Below are positions 13,555 through 28,374 of a stretch of DNA of 64,000 bases, in pieces. The stretch is from the NCBI GenBank assembly GCA_964016885.1, contig CAXHJY010001441.1, positions 1-64,000 on the forward strand, given 5' to 3'. The stretch is from Eledone cirrhosa (lineage: Eukaryota). A program made the translations under genes and the position numbers. Each line of letters begins with the position of its first letter. Within the stretch, counting starts at the first letter, position 1. The notes beneath the pieces are model-generated. The model did not search any database and had not been told where the DNA came from. It saw nothing but the letters and a program-made list of their open reading frames with translations.

Positions 13555-13770
13555 TCAAGGATTTGGGGAGGTTTCGTAATATATCTAGGATTTAGATTAG
13601 AGCACCGGACCTAATCTTTTACGGCATTTAGTTATGGCTTATTGTGTTCTGGGTTCAAATATTCTGGAGTAGATAAAGTCAAATGCCAATTAAGTAAACG
13701 GGTCGATAAAATCGACTTTCTCTTTCCCTAAAAAATGCTGGCCTTGTGCCAATGTTAGAAATAATTATTA
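13555..13770 (+). mobile_element. Degenerate SINE of the 2284/15863 family
   Basis: GGGTTCAAAT box; 3' end GGTCGAT...ATCGACT...TGCTGGCCTTGTGCCAA..TAGAAATAATTATTA. Confidence 0.55.
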
Positions 13771-15755
13771 AGCTGGTGTTTGAAGCATAACTTAACAAGG
13801 GTTCTTACATAAAATTATGATGAAAAGTTGTAATATATATATAAACACTTTTAAGCAGACTCCTTTGTATCATAAAACCAAGGGCCGTTCAGGAATTCTG
13901 GTATCAAAACAGTTAAAGCATAAAATACAGGTAGGACTTAATAAACTAAAGAGAAAATGTGCTAAAACTACATTATAAATGGCAATAGGGAAACGAAACA
14001 GAAAAGGCAGAGATAGAAGAAAAAGAAAAAACGCAACGACAGAAGAAGAAAAGGGAAGAAGCGACAGACTCCAGTCTGAAAGACATGTTTGAATTGTACC
14101 ACGCAAATAAAATGGCGACGGTATTGTTGCGGATGATGGCCAGTGACACATGCTGCAACAGCCAACCCACTTCAGAGGGTTCCTTTTAAAAGTGAACTGC
14201 AGCATTTTCGAATTTATAGAGGAAAAAAAAATAGTATGGGTACCGAAGATACCTGACGTATCGGCGTCATCCGACATAACTATTCTTTAGTAACATCATG
14301 TTCGATCTCATTTCACGAGATAATATCAGGTCTGTTATTTATTTACGAAATGTGTATATCTATTTTGATATTTTCTAAACTTTTACTCTATTGTTTCTTC
14401 TATAAGACTACTGGGACCCCATTTGCTTATAATAGTGAGAGAGGGGGGTGCTCGAGAATACGGGGACAGTAACAGTGGGTGTTTGGTTCCATTGTGTTCG
14501 GACCAGGTGTATATGTATATATTTATTCACCACACCACAATACTTACATCCTTTACAATATATCTTTTAAAACAAAGACTATTTGTTGTCAGTAAATTAG
14601 TTTACCAGTTTAATCTGGGCAAGAAATCCTGCATGACCAAGATATTTGTCATTAAGTAACTTAGTAATTATATAACTGCACTATATCACAGATCAGTTTA
14701 ACTCTTTATTAAAAGTTCCCTATTGAATTTAAACTTCGAAGTTGTCTCCCTCGTCTTTAGCAAGAATTATCATTGACAGTCGAGTGGCTGTGCGGTTTTC
14801 TACATTAAATATGTTGCTACGAATTATATGTTTTCATATAGAAGGCATCCCTGGCAAATTTCCAGTGACATTATTCAAATTTGCCTAAACAATAAATACT
14901 TCGTCACTAAAAGATTGATACAATCATTCTACTGTTTGGAATCGGGGAGGGGGGGGGGGGGGTAAGATTATACTTCTCTGGGAATGTCTAATGAAACTGA
15001 TTTATGTTGAGGGTTGTCGAATTTCAGATACTGTTTTCCCTGCTTGATCTCAATGGAAATATTTTTATCAATTTTAATTTCAAAGTTATCTCCCTCAAAT
15101 TTCACAAGCAGTATCATTGATGTTAATGGATTTTGTTCTCATTGCGAATATGATTTAGTATGTTTTTTGTAGGGGTAGTGTATTCACTACGATAAGCACG
15201 TTAGCTTAAACTTATATATCTATCAGAGTAAACAATCTTTTAGTTAACATTCGCTCGTTTCTTCATTTTTCTTCCCTATGATGGGTTATTGTTTTTTGTT
15301 GTTTTCTGTCTATCATTGCATCTGTAAGATTTCACTCAATATATTTGTACTACATACGTTCCCCAACAAAATATAAGGTGCAATCTAATTTTCTTTTGTT
15401 AAGACGCCAAAAAATTAAATAAAAAAAATACATATTCTATTAATTTTCTGATATCTGAAAGAAAAATAATGTCCAAGTACAAAATAATGGTGTAGATAAA
15501 AAAATATATTGTGTATATAGTTTTCCTGTGTAATCTGTGTAATGGCTGATTATGGAAAAATGATTCCTAATGTTTGCTTAGTATTGTATTTTGAATGGCG
15601 TTCTGTACATAGAGAATATGTTGTCATGCTTTTCTTGTTTTGTTTTTTTACTTCACAGTAGTTAGTGCCATTGTTTTTCCTATGGACGGATGGATGGTTC
15701 TCATCTGTCTGACGCTTTCTGTTTTCTTTCTTGCTTTTGTTCATTTTTCTTTCTC

Positions 15756-15815
<60 letters not shown>

Positions 15816-15862
15816 ATTTTCTTACTTTATTTCTTTCTTCAATTCTTCTTCATTATTATTAT

Positions 15863-16458
15863 TCGGTGAATTAGCAGTATCGGTAGAGGGTCGGACGCCA
15901 TGCTTTGACGCATAGAGTTACGGCCCTTGCCATTCTGAGTTCAAATCCCGCCGAGGTTAACTTTGCCTTTCATCCTTATGGGGTCGATAAAATAAAGTAC
16001 CAGTAATACACGGGGCAATTGCTGGCCTTGTGCCAAAAGTATAAACAATTATTATCAAGGCAGTGGATTAGCAGTATCAGTAGAGGGTCTGACGCCATGC
16101 TTTGCAGCAAAGAGTTACGGCCCTTTATGGTCTGAGTTCAAATCCCGCTGAGGTTAACTTTGCCTTTCATCCTTACGGGGTCGATAAAATAAAGTACCAG
16201 TAATGTACTGGATAATTGCGGGCCTTGTGCCAAAAGTAGAAACAATTATTATTATTATCAAGGGCGATAGTTTGGCAGTATCGGTAGAGAGTCAGACGCC
16301 ATGCTTTGCTGCATAAAGTTATGGCCCTTTACGTTCTGAGTACAAATCCCGCCGAGGTTAACTTTGCTTTTCCTCCTTACGGTGTCGATAAAATGAAGTA
16401 CCTGTAATGTACTGCGATAATTGCTGGCTTTGTGCCAAAAGTGACCACAGTTATTATC
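15863..16458 (+). mobile_element. Three tandem head-to-tail SINE copies of ~195-200 bp
   Basis: Units start at ~15863, ~16057 and ~16260. Each has GCAGTATC.GTAGAG, GAGTTCAAATCCCGC and TTTCATCCTT...GGTCGATAAAATAAAGTACCAG, with an (ATT)n tail. Confidence 0.85.
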
Positions 16459-16579
16459 AATAAAGTTGTCATTATTTGTTTGTTTGCTTGCTTGTGCGGG
16501 TGTCAACAAGTGTTTTCAGATTATTTTGTTTTGTGTTTCTGTTATAGTTCTTATTGTTGTAATGGTGATAGTGGTGGTG

Positions 16580-19500
16580 GGAATGGCGTCCTACCCGAGG
16601 TTTTGACATCAACTATCAAGAAAGACTCTGAACTAAATATGTGTGTCCCTACAAAGATTGCCGGAGGCAGCGTTACACGCGCTCGTACAAAAATCACTGA
16701 AGGTGATAAGGACCGGCATATCGCAAAAGCCAAATAGTTAGGTGTCATTTCAAAGATTTCTAAAAACAAAATCCTGGCCGTAAAACACACTGTGCTCCCT
16801 GTCAAAGCAACCAATATATTCGCTGGTGAGATCTCCGGAAATCCAACAGAGTTGAATCCATATCTGCGTTGTTCTGGAGAGTAGCTATACACTCATGGAA
16901 ATGAATCAAATTCGACAGAGAAACTGGTCTGCGATCACATTGGAGAAGATCCTCCAAATCAAACCAGAAAAGATAGTCAAGAACCGAGACATCATTCACC
17001 TACCGAATGGCATGAAACTACATAGTTCAGAGCAAAAAGCCTTGTAGCAATCTGTGTGGTAAGACTATCCATGTGAGAGCTTTCTGCCTTCAACATAAAA
17101 CAGGGTACATCAGGGCTCTCTCATTTGCAGCCACCAAGGCCCCAACAACAACAACAATAACAATGACAGTGACCTCTACTCAGGTAGCAGCAACAACACC
17201 ATATCAGCAGTATCAACCCCACGACCATAATCCAAGGCATCAACAGTAGACGAAAAAATCATCAAGGAATCTACCCAAGGTCTCTCAACCTTGCAGTCCC
17301 CGTACCCGTCTCGTTCTCCTTCCCCCAAACATACACATACGCATACACACCCACACAAATACACTTCTAACTCAATCTGAGTCGGATTTCTTAGACACGG
17401 GTACTTTCTTATCTTACACTGAATAGGAACGGGACCTCACCTCCTTCAACCGAAAAAAATCACATTAAAATAAAACAATTTGCCTCACCCCTAAAGAGAA
17501 TCCAGCAAACATCGCCACACCAATTACAGACGCATATTCAATACATCTAACGCTGCCACTACAATTACAACGACCAACACAAACACCACTACTCCCAACA
17601 CCACTAAAACTATCCCCGACACAACGAAAACACACACAAAAATACTAAAGGTATACAGGCAGAAACAGCAACAACAAATCACAAACACCGAACTTTCTTC
17701 TAATTAAGATGTTCCACATAGCACAAAGTCAAGATTTAGAAAGAGAAGGTACGATACCAGCACATTCAAAATGACGCAAACACTGAAAATGTCACTAATG
17801 GCTCAAGACATTACGAGTAATGGGTAACTCCTAATGTAAAATCCACCAGTAGACGTTTAAAGGGGTTCCTAAAGGAGCCCCAACCAGGTATGGAATTGGA
17901 ACCACCCGAACTCTAACAACACAGAGAGGGTAATATCAAGAGTGAGTTTTATAAATATACCTGGCTCATCGTCATCCTAGAAGGTTACTAAAGACAGGAT
18001 TTCCGACATGCGCGCACTAGCCACAATGTTTAATGATTTTGAGAACTATTCATCTCTTAGTAGGTCTACAATTGGTGGTGGAGTGGTAGTACTGCTTGAA
18101 AAACACCTGGACTATCTTGCTGATCCGGACAGGAAATCGATTGTCTTGGATGTGAATGGAAACGGAGTCGTTGCTCACAGACTAGTGGCCTTTTACTCAC
18201 AAATTGGGGCAATGTCAGTAGGAAGCCATTCATAGAATGCCTCACCCTTTACAGTTAGCGGAGGACTGAAATGGCATCTTCGACGGACCCAAACGGTTCT
18301 AATTATCTACCAGATACCGATTATATATCTCGAATACATCAGTGTGGACCAGTGTCATCTAATCTTAATAATATTTCTTATTAAAGTAATGGGAGTCACG
18401 TGAATAGCCATTATCTATTTTTATTGGATTGTTCTTAGTGTTTTCATCCGTAGTGAACCTTTTATTATTGTCATCTCTTTTTCACAGATTTAGTCGGTAC
18501 TGCTGGTTATTTAGGACTCCACCTTAGGCTTAAGATGTGCTTAAAACATTGAGAACGACTGCCTATTTTCTAATTTAATAGACAAAAGTTTTGGAAATTT
18601 TGTGTTATCGCTAAAAGTACTAGTTTCTGAAGAGTACTCACCTCAATATACAATGTTCAGTTTTTCAAGTGTTCATGGAAATCTAGTGGGATACCTTCAG
18701 GCGTCTAGAAGCCTTTATTGCGACATCCCACCTTTTACTGTTAACGAGGGGATTAAACGGCATCGTGGATGCACGCTGAGATTGTGTGGGAGTAGCAGAT
18801 AAAAACGGGGGGTTCAAAAGCCTCAAAAAGCTGATCAGGCAGTTCCAACTCTCGGACTAGATTTCCCCAAATGCGCCTGTGTGGACCTGGATTAAAAGCA
18901 TAGGATCATCTACATCGTATAAGATACGTTTGTCATTAGGTCAGCAGATAGGGAGAGGAAATAGTGTCCACATTTATAAATTGTCGCCTATTCAGATCAC
19001 AAATGTGTGATCTGCATAGTCAACCAAGATAGAACATGTAGGCTAAACCTGGTTACCGGAAGCTTAACGAGTCGATTCCTGCGCGTAAAACCTGCTAACC
19101 AGGTCAACACTTTAGTTAAGTGTAAGTTGACAGGGGGAGTAATTTCAATATCATTTAGTAAAGAAGCAGTAGAGGAGTGTGTATCTAAATTAGATGAGGC
19201 GATTAGCAGTGGTATTGCAATCAGCGTTCTAGCTACGAGAATACCATTTCTGTCTTTGACGAAACAAGACAAATGCATGCTGGTCGATTCCAGGCAGATG
19301 TGTGCGGCTTTTCGACAGCACATTGCATAACTATTCGGGGAGACGGGCGAACTTCAATTCTTACCTCAACGGCCTGTCGTGACTCTCAGTGACGGATACG
19401 GAATGCTGCGAAAAGCCGATAACAGCAGTTGAGAAATGGAATACCAGGGTCGAATATGCGAGGCACAAATCATCCGGTTTGGATGATCTGCCCTATGATC

Positions 19501-20300
19501 TTTACGCAGATATTTCAGACATGTTCTCCTCGAAGCCGTCTACTGCAACTGGCAGCTAAACCGGAGTATTTCCAGTTCTGTAGGTCGGAGCATAGTAATG
19601 CTGAGAATGAAAGACGAGAACAAGAGGGGCATCATTGATAATTTCCGGCCGTAACTCTACTAAGAACAGAGTTTAAGGTTTTACCAAAGTTGTTAACAAC
19701 GAGGTTAGCGCTTGTCCTCGCGGGCATCGTAGGGGAGGAGTAGACGTGCGCAATCCCAAAAAGGTCCACGCACGACAACCTCGACTATATGCAATGCATC
19801 GTAGAGACGGTAGGGAGTAAACCTGCATTATATGGGGCTTTGATCAATTTAGATCAATCGAAACCTTTTGATAGGGTCGACCATCGTTACCTGGACGCCG
19901 TTCTCAAGCCAGCCAGCTTTGGTACCGTCATCTGAGATGGGATAGCTGGGATGCACAGCGGCATCTGCTCTGTTGTTAAAGTCAACGGCCACCTACCGAA
20001 AGTTTTCGGTGCTCGGTCCATCAAGGATGCCCTCTCTCCTCCTTTCTGCACGTATTTTACTCTCGAACCATTACTACGGAAGCTGGAGCTGTTGTAGGGA
20101 ATCCCGCTCGAGCCGAGACGTGGAAGGGCTATGTTGGCAAAAGCGGGTGACAACACCGTGATAATGTGGAATACCTCGGAAATCGAAGTGGTGGGCAACT
20201 CCTTAAAGAAATATGAAAGGTTGAGTGGGGCAAAGATCAACATTGAAACGTTTGTGGGTTTGCAGCTCTGCACCTGGAGACAACATGTCAGTTGATCGTC
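16580..20300 (+). mobile_element. Old degraded L1/Tx1-clade LINE (ORF1, APE and RT remnants)
   Basis: Degenerate knuckle KKPCSNLCGKTIHVRAFC (~17035-17090). RT remnants DNFRPVTLLRTEFKVL, INLDQSKPFDRVDHRYL and VGLQLCTWR are homologous to the younger copies. Confidence 0.75.
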
Positions 20301-20304
20301 GGAC

Positions 20305-20465
20305 AACATGCTTTGCGGCAAAGTTTTTTTGCTCTTTACGTTCTGATTCCAAATTCCACCGAGGTTAGCTTTGCCTTCATGGTTACTGGGCCGGTAATGT
20401 AAAGCACCAGTTTAGCACTGGGATCGATTTAATCGACTTTCCCCAAACCCAAATTGCTGGCCTCG
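20305..20465 (+). mobile_element. SINE fragment between two Tx1 copies
   Basis: TTTACGTTCTGATTCCAAATTCCACCGAGGTTAGCTTTGCC...GATTTAATCGACT...ATTGCTGGCCTCGT. Confidence 0.6.
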
Positions 20466-20469
20466 TTCC

Positions 20470-23400
20470 GCTCTTTAGTCTTAGTGGGCGACTGGAACGG
20501 GATCTTAGAAGCACGCTGGGGCTGTGTGGAATTAGCAGATAAGGAAGGAGGGTGCAAGAGCCTCACCAACCTGCTCAGGCGTTTTGAACTGTCTGACAGG
20601 TACCGATTGGATTTCCAGAATGTGCCAATGTGAACTTGGACAAACCGCATCGGGTCATCCAGATCATATCTAGATAGAGTATTTTGTAGGGAAATAGATA
20701 GGTCTAGCATAGGCTGTCCACGATTCAAGATAGTCAGCTACACGGACCACAAATTCGTGATCTGTGTGGTTGACTTAGATAGGCTTCATAGACAAGGACC
20801 CGGCTACTGGAAGCTAAACGCGTCATTAACAGCGCGCAAGGCCTACACAGACCGGATTAGCAAACTAGTTAAGCGGGCGTTGACGGGGGCCATCGTCAAC
20901 AACAAGTGGTGGTTTGCTCTGAAAAGAGCGATTAAAAAGAGTCCATTAGGTTTAGTAAGGCTTTAGCAATAGAGAAAAGTAGAGCAGAGGGAGAATTAGT
21001 TAGAAAATTAGACGAGGCGCTTAGCAAAGGCATCGCGACCGACGTACTTGCGGCGAAATTGGCCCTTGACAAATTCTTCAATGCAAAGCACGAAGGCTGC
21101 GTTGTCAGCGCTAGGGTGCGTGCTCTCAGACACGAAGGCACGAAAGCCGTTCAACGGGCCCGAGTGGCGGAGGCGCGTCGTGCCAACAAAGCCACGATCC
21201 GGTCTTTGGTGGACCACGACGGGCGCATGCTACTCGATCCCGGGCAAATGTGTGAAGCTTTTCAGCAACACTTCGCTCGGCTCTTTGGCGGCAGCGGCAG
21301 GCAGGATCGAGGGATGGACTTTAGTGTCTATCTCGACAGACTGCTGCAGCCCTCGGCCACTGAGGCGGAGTGTTGCGAAAAGCCGATAACAGCAGCTGAA
21401 GTATGGGAAGCAATGACTGGCTACACAAGGGGTAAATCGCCTGGTTTGGATGGTCTGCCCTATGAACTTTACGTACAGATGCCAGACTTGTTCGGAGGCC
21501 TCTTGGCGGACGTCTACTGCAACTGTCAACAAAAGGGGAGAATTCCCAGCTATGTGAGCCGAGGATCTGTGGCGCTGCTGAGAAAGGATCCGAACAAGGG
21601 GGATAACATAGATAATTTCAGGCCCATAACTCTTCGAAAAACAGAGTTCAAGATTTTGGCCAAGGTGCTAGCAAAGAGGTTGGCGCTTGTCGTTGGTGGT
21701 CTGGTGGGAGAGGCACAGACATGCGCCATTCCCGACAGATCCATTCACGACAACCTCCACCTCATGCGATACATCGTAGAGAGGGTAGCTAGGGAGCCTA
21801 GCACGTGTGGGTCCTTGATCAATTTAGATCTGTCGAAAGCTTTCGATAGGGTCGACCATCGTTACCTAGCGGCAGTCTTGAGGGCGGCTGGCTTTGGGCC
21901 CGTCTTCAGAGGCTGGATCGCTGCCATGCACAGCGACATCTGTTCTGTGGTGAGGGTGAACGGTCACCTTTCGGAACCGTTCAACATCATGCGCTCGGTC
22001 TGCCAAGGATGTCCCTTCTCGTCCCTCTTGTACGTATTGACTCTCGAGCCATTACTGCACAAACTTGAGACGTCTAGCGGTAACTTGGATGCGGAAGATC
22101 CGTGTCAGCATATCCGGACGATGTCACCTTAGTGGTGTCGAACGCCAAACACATCGAGGCGATTGGCAATACACTAAGAGAATACGAAGTGGTGACAGGA
22201 GCAATGATCAACCAGGAAAAGTCAGTGGGCCTGCAGCTCGGCACCTGGAGAGGCAGGTCCATGCCGTCCAACAGCGTCGTCGGACGCTGGACGGACGGAC
22301 CGGTTAAATTGCTAGGGGTCTGGCTCGGTCCGGACCTCCAGACGGACAAAAACTAGGACGAGGTGACGAGCAGGGTGGCTTCTCTCACCCAGAAATGGGC
22401 CGAGAGGAAGCTATCCCTGAAAGGTCGAGCGGAGGTGGCTAACGCGTACATCGCGTCCGTCATCTACTACCGCCTGACCGTCGTACCTTTTCCTAAACCC
22501 CGCCTGACTGCGCTGGAGCGTTTGCTCTTTCGCTTTTTGTGGAAGAGACGCGCTCCGATGGTCAGGCGGTCCATCTGCTGTCAACACCCGCTACGTGGAG
22601 GGCTGGGCATGCCGTGGCTGATGCTGCGCAGACACGCGCTCAGGCTACGACATCTCCACCTCTTCCTCGACGGTAATCAGGTGTGGTCGCCGTTTGCTAG
22701 ACACGTCTTTCCCCAGCTCGTTTCCTTGACAGAGCTGCAGTCCTGGGTCAAGCGAAGACCGAGAGGGAGCGCCTGGAGACTGGAATGTCTTCAGGCGCTC
22801 ACAGCCCTCGACCAATCGGGCAATGTGATCGGTGGAAACTCCACCTTGGTGTTCTATAGAGGATTAGTGGATGGAAAGAGCGACGACGTACTTGGGGAAA
22901 CTCTAGGCGTCGACGAAAATCAACTAGCCAATCTCTTCGGAAGGACTTTCGAGCCGGGGCCTATGGACAACTTCCAGAAATCCTTGGCCTGGCAGTGCTA
23001 CCGAGGAGCTTTGCCAGTTCGGGATAAACTCTACAGATATGGAGGTGCCGTCAGCCGGGCATTTCTGAGATGCGCGCAGGGCGACGAAACCTTCCTGCAC
23101 GCACTCGTCCAGTGTCTGAGCATTGCTGACTTGTGGGTTTATGTCGAACACCTGCTGTTGCGTGTGGGACGGATCCAGCTATCAGCTGAGTCCATCGTGA
23201 GGATTGCCCCGCCCTCTTCCTTTAGCCGGGAAGGGCAGGCAGTTTTTATCTGTCTGGTGGCCATGGCGAAAGAGATAGTATGGTGGACACGTTTGAAAGG
23301 GCTGAAGACGAGCACTTACCTCTTCGGTGATGCCCTGATTAACTTTTTCAAATTTCATTTGAAAAGGAAAATCAGGGTAGAAAGGGAAGTGTTCTCTTCC

Positions 23401-23720
23401 CAGCATTTTGTTGAAAGATGGGTGAGAGAGGCAAGAATGGCCCGAGTGAATGTATGAGTATGTGTCTGTAAATTAAAGGTGGAAAACTGGGAGAGGGCAC
23501 TTGCCCTGGTCGTCAGGGTCACTGTGGCTTTTTAATGGGCTTTCTCCACGAATGTCCCTCGGAAGTCTCCCCCCTATTGGGGAATATTTTTCATTGTTCT
23601 ATTATTACATCCTGTGTTTCTTGTTTTTTACACGCAGAAATGCCCATTTGTACCGTCCTGTATTGTCCTGTACTGTCCTTAATGTCTACTTTATGTAAAC
23701 CCTTGTGGTTAATAAAGAAA
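20470..23720 (+). mobile_element. 5'-truncated L1/Tx1-clade LINE ORF2 (APE C-half, RT, zf-RVT-like region) with 3' UTR
   Basis: GDWNGIL, SYLDRVF, TDHKF, KSPGLDGLP, NFRPITL, DLSKAFDRVDH, QGCP, YPDD, LAWQCYRGALPVRDKL. Contains stops and frameshifts. Ends AATAAAGAAAG(TAT)n. Confidence 0.92.
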
Positions 23721-24199
23721 GTATTATTATTATTATTATTATTATTATCATTATTATTATTGTTGTTGTTGTTGTTTTTGTTGTTGTTATTGTTGCTGTT
23801 ACTGTTGTTGTTGTTGTTGTTATGGCCGCTCTTCTTGACACCATTTCTGTTTTGCTTCGGCTGTAAATCACTTTTTTTTTTACTTGTTTAAATGATGTAT
23901 ATTTCAAAAACTTTGTAATATTTATTTAAATAAATCTAAACTTTTTATTCTGCAAAGACGGTGACCTTCAATATTCGGCGCTTATGTAGGAAATACATAT
24001 TATTAAATAAAAACTTGCCTCTATTTTTAGCAAAAGAAGAAAAGGCATAAAGCAGTCCACTCACCATTCTTGCGGCACGGAATGGCCAAAATTGTTCGGT
24101 CAGTCAAACGAATAGCCGAATAGAATTTTTATTGATAAGTTTCATTGTAAATATCTACTGCTAGCTTCAAAATATCTAATTAGCAGTTGTAACTAGAAA

Positions 24200-26450
24200 C
24201 ACTGTACTTTGAAAATGGTAAACAATTAGAACAATGCCACAACAAAAATCGATCTGTAAACAACAAAAATAGCCAAAACTTTCAGAGTCCCAACACCAAA
24301 ATATCAACTAGACATTAACATGTCAGCGTGTAACACGGTCTCCGCTACTATCACAAAGACTAGAAATTATACAACAGTGGTAGGTTCATCTTGTCCAAAG
24401 TGGCAAGAGCAGCATGCATGGTCTAAATAACTGAAGTGAAATCCACCAGGACCTCACAGCTCGTTCCAAGCGTTTGCTGAATCATGTTATTAGCAGTGTC
24501 GAGGCAGGTTCACCACCAGAGGGAAAAACGACTTTTGTATACAGGTGCATAGGCACCAGGCTCTAAAAGCTCGAGAGAACACAAATTGACAAAATCGATG
24601 GATACCTCTGGCCAATCTGGGACAATGGAAGAGAACAGATTTTGCAGAGTGAAGGTGACGTTCCCAAACGAATCGGAGAGCAGGAGACACTTCTCTGCCA
24701 ATTTTAAAAGCGAGCATGTCACTCATTCTGATGCACTAAGGAAAAAGGACCGCAAAAATAAAAATAACAAATGTGGGCCCAGGCCCAGAAGTAAACATTT
24801 ACTGGCTGGTGGCGGCTGTTCTGGCAGAAATAAAACAAAAGATACAGATATACTTAGTTCAGAAGCCGAGGAAGAGTGGGCCCTTGATCCAATCGATCAA
24901 GTGAGTCCTTAAACCCTTCCTGACAACACTAATCTACCAGATGCTGCCTAGCTCTTAGTGTGGTGAAATGCAGAATGCTGAGGTGTCATATGTGTGATAT
25001 CAACACACATTTGAAGACTTTCTGTCCAAAAACGCAGGTAGAAAGGGTACGAAAAGCACTTCTGCCTTACCAGTAACAACAGGGTCGGCAGGATCAATGC
25101 TAATAACAGCAGCAACAGCAACACCAGGAACAGTGGCAAAACAACAACAATTCAAACAACAGCAGCAACAACATGAACTGCCTCAGCAACTAAAACACTA
25201 TCTCCAGCAATATCAACAATAAAATCACTACCCAAAAATATACCCTCCCCAATCCGAAATTCTTTTATATAACCTGTAATGAGGGAATTATGAATGGAAA
25301 TTGGCAGAGTGTCTCCAAAATAAGAGCAAGCGGTCAAAAAAAGCAAAGCAGAACAAATCCTGCCCATACACAATGAGTTCCAGGGAAAAATAAAACCTCA
25401 TAAGGAAGAAGAACGCCAACACTAAGTGTCACTCCCTCGACAACAACAATCACTGACACCACCAACACTACAAATACCACACCAAACGAAAGCACCATCC
25501 AAACGAAAGATAGTTATTATTAACCACACGGCCATAAACATACATTAACATACACAACGACTTCATAACATATACATTTATCATAGCAACACATAAACAT
25601 ATTGGAGCACCTAAAATCATATTAAAATCAAAATTCAAACCAAAATCTGGAGAAAATCGGATATTTCCGACAGAAAACGAAGGAAAAATTTACAATGATT
25701 TTACTCATGGAAACAATTACAATTAACCAAAAGGACCGTCCTTCTACAAACAATGTTAAGTGATCTTTGTCACGTTTATGTCCTTTATACAATATAGCCT
25801 TACTCATAATAAGCAGAGTAATTTGTATGTGGCCTGGGATCATCTTGGGGAAAATAAGTCACTTGCTCAATATCCTCAGGTCACTGGATATTGATGAAGA
25901 GTCGCTGAAAGGTCTCGATCGTGCAATATGAACCATCTCCCAGGACCTGGAAGGTAAATCGATGATACTGGACGTGACCAGCAGCGAAGTCAATAGTTTC
26001 AGACGAGTAGATGTCTGCGCCTCGATGAGAGTAGGACCAGCCAGACTTCTTGTCTAAATATATATGGGATGTATTGTTGTGTTTTCTGTTTATGTGTGTT
26101 AATATATGTTTCGATGGTTGTGTGATGTCTAAAGACCTTAAGAACGTCCAGTTTTTAATGTTATTGAGAGTTTGGAAAGGTATCTTAGAAGCACGTTGAA
26201 AATATGTGGGGCTAGAGGTTTGGAGGGAGGGTATAAAAGTCTCTCAAACCACCACAGACGATTCAACTGGATTTGCCGAATGTGCTAATGTGTACATTAT
26301 CAAACCTCATCGTGTCATCCAGATTGGATAGGGATGGTGTAGATTGTTCACCACATAAAGTACTCGACCATAAATTTGTACAGAACCCTAGATAGGCTTC
26401 GTAGGTAGGGACCTAATTGCTGGAAGCTAAACACGTCGTTCTTGGCGCAA
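24200..26450 (+). mobile_element. Degraded Tx1-like LINE (ORF1 and APE remnant)
   Basis: CCHC knuckle CHMCDINTHLKTFC (~24993-25025). APE remnants HLLNILRSLDID, DLEGKSMILDVTS and GPNCWKLNTS. Confidence 0.7.
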
Positions 26451-26480
26451 AGGTGGCGGTGGTGGTGGTGGTGGTGGTGG

Positions 26481-26511
<31 letters not shown>

Positions 26512-26716
26512 GAATGCTATGCTTGACGGAGGCTCGGCTCTGTAAGGTATTGTAAATTTTGACCGCTATAACAATTGTAAATTGTTTAAGACTTTAACCA
26601 AATTGTAGACAAAAACTCGTGAGAGGGGTCTTTCTGCCCGTTATTTGGCCCTTCGGGGTTAAATAACAGCTTATTGGGGTTTTGTGCCCAATATTTATTT
26701 TAATCAAAAAACAAAC

Positions 26717-28374
26717 ATGGCTACGAAAAAGAATTTTCACAAGTCACACCCACTCATTCCGTCTTCTTCTTCCTCAATCGTCACTACAGCAGAGAGAAGA
26801 TTTTCTCTCTCCCTCCCTTCTTTAAATGTGTCTCTCTCCCTCCCTTCTCTTTCGCAAGCGACGCCAGTAAAGAAAAATCACGGGCAAAGCGTGCAACATT
26901 TCTCCACGACGACGACGACAACGACGAAAAAGGTGTGCGGGCAATACGAAAACCCATTTCATTCGTCTGACGTTATAAATAATAGCAGTAGCAGCCGTAA
27001 TAAAAGCAGCAGCAGCAACAGTGACAAGGAAAACAACAGTAGCAGCCGCAACAGCATCAGCAGCAGCATAAACAACAACAGCATTAGCAGCAACAGCAAC
27101 AACAACAGCAGCAGCAGCAGCAGCAACAACAACAACAACAACTACAGCAACAGCGGCGGCGGCAGTAGTCGTAGTACCTGCAGCAACAACAAAAGTAACA
27201 GCAGCTCTGACGACGACAACAACAACAACAACAGCAGCAAAGAAAAACCATCTCGTTTGCATGTATCGCAAAGAACCTGGAAGCCATCCTCATAACAAAT
27301 GAGGAATTACAAGAAGCGAAGAAGATGGTGACGAAAACAGGACACCGAGCAATCTGCAAGGCAGCCGAAAAATTTTTCGAAACCCAACAGCACTGTACGG
27401 TCCCGTACCGTACAGTAAGCACACAATCCCGTAGAGTTGAAAGAGCCACAGAGGCTCAAATACAAAAAGCCTTAGGGTCTGTGTGGCAGCGGAAAACGCA
27501 TATCACCCGAGGCAAGAAATATGCCACCGTAGACTTGATTTTTGCCACACCCCAGGAGGCAAGCAAAGGCTCAATCCTTAGTGACCCTAAGGAGCGAGGA
27601 AATGGTTTTGGTGCCCTCCTACTGCGGGCAAAAAATTGTGAGGGTCAAACTGACCCCCCCCCCCCCCCGCCCGGGATGGCCCCTTCTTGGCTGGCCGCAT
27701 CTGTCCTCGTCGGAATCGAGGACAAAACAACTGTACTGCAAGTACAGAAAAAAGTAAGAGAAGATTGGGTCGGCACCTCCATTGAGATATTAATCCAAAC
27801 CAACCAGGAGTGCATCGAAGCGATCCCGGATGTTATAGACTTCGGTAACAGCACTCAACTGCCCATAAGTGTTGAGGGCAAACGCCCGAAATGCTTTCGC
27901 TGTGGATCGAAGACTCACCTCAGGGCCTTCTGCAACGAGAAGACCCTGAGAAAGGAGAAAACCCCCCTCCTTCCGAAACCGGCTCCACGGCTACCAGCAA
28001 CAGGACAAGCGGCAACCAGGAACGATGGGTGTGTGGCACCCATACCCACGCCAGGGAAATCAAGAACAGCAGCAGCAGTGGAAGTAGTAACAACAACAAC
28101 AGTAATACCAAATGCAGCTGCAACAGAGACTCCACTGCAAACATCACTAACAGCAACAAGTGAAAGAGTGGAGCTGGTACCCCTCCCCGACCTCACAGAA
28201 TCACACATGGAGTGTGAGGTGGGAGAGGGATGGCAAAAGGTCGTAAGAAGGCACAAACGCAGAAGCAGCGCATCGTCGCCTTCGAAAAGGGAGGAAAGAA
28301 ATGAAAAAAGGGTAAAGGCTACTGCAAGAGACTCACAGCAGCAACACCACCAGCATCATCACCACCCACACTAG
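26717..28374 (+). pseudogene. Tx1 ORF1 (gag-like), frameshifted
   Basis: MATKKNF... with a Ser/Asn-rich low-complexity stretch; CFRCGSKTHLRAFC (CX2CX4HX4C); GWQKVVRRHKR motif. Confidence 0.8.

Noticed and set aside
13870-14280. Possible host promoter or first exon (AAAATGGCG, YY1-like) and a 135-aa ORF
   Set aside because: There is no recognisable protein motif or splice structure, and a single short motif is insufficient.
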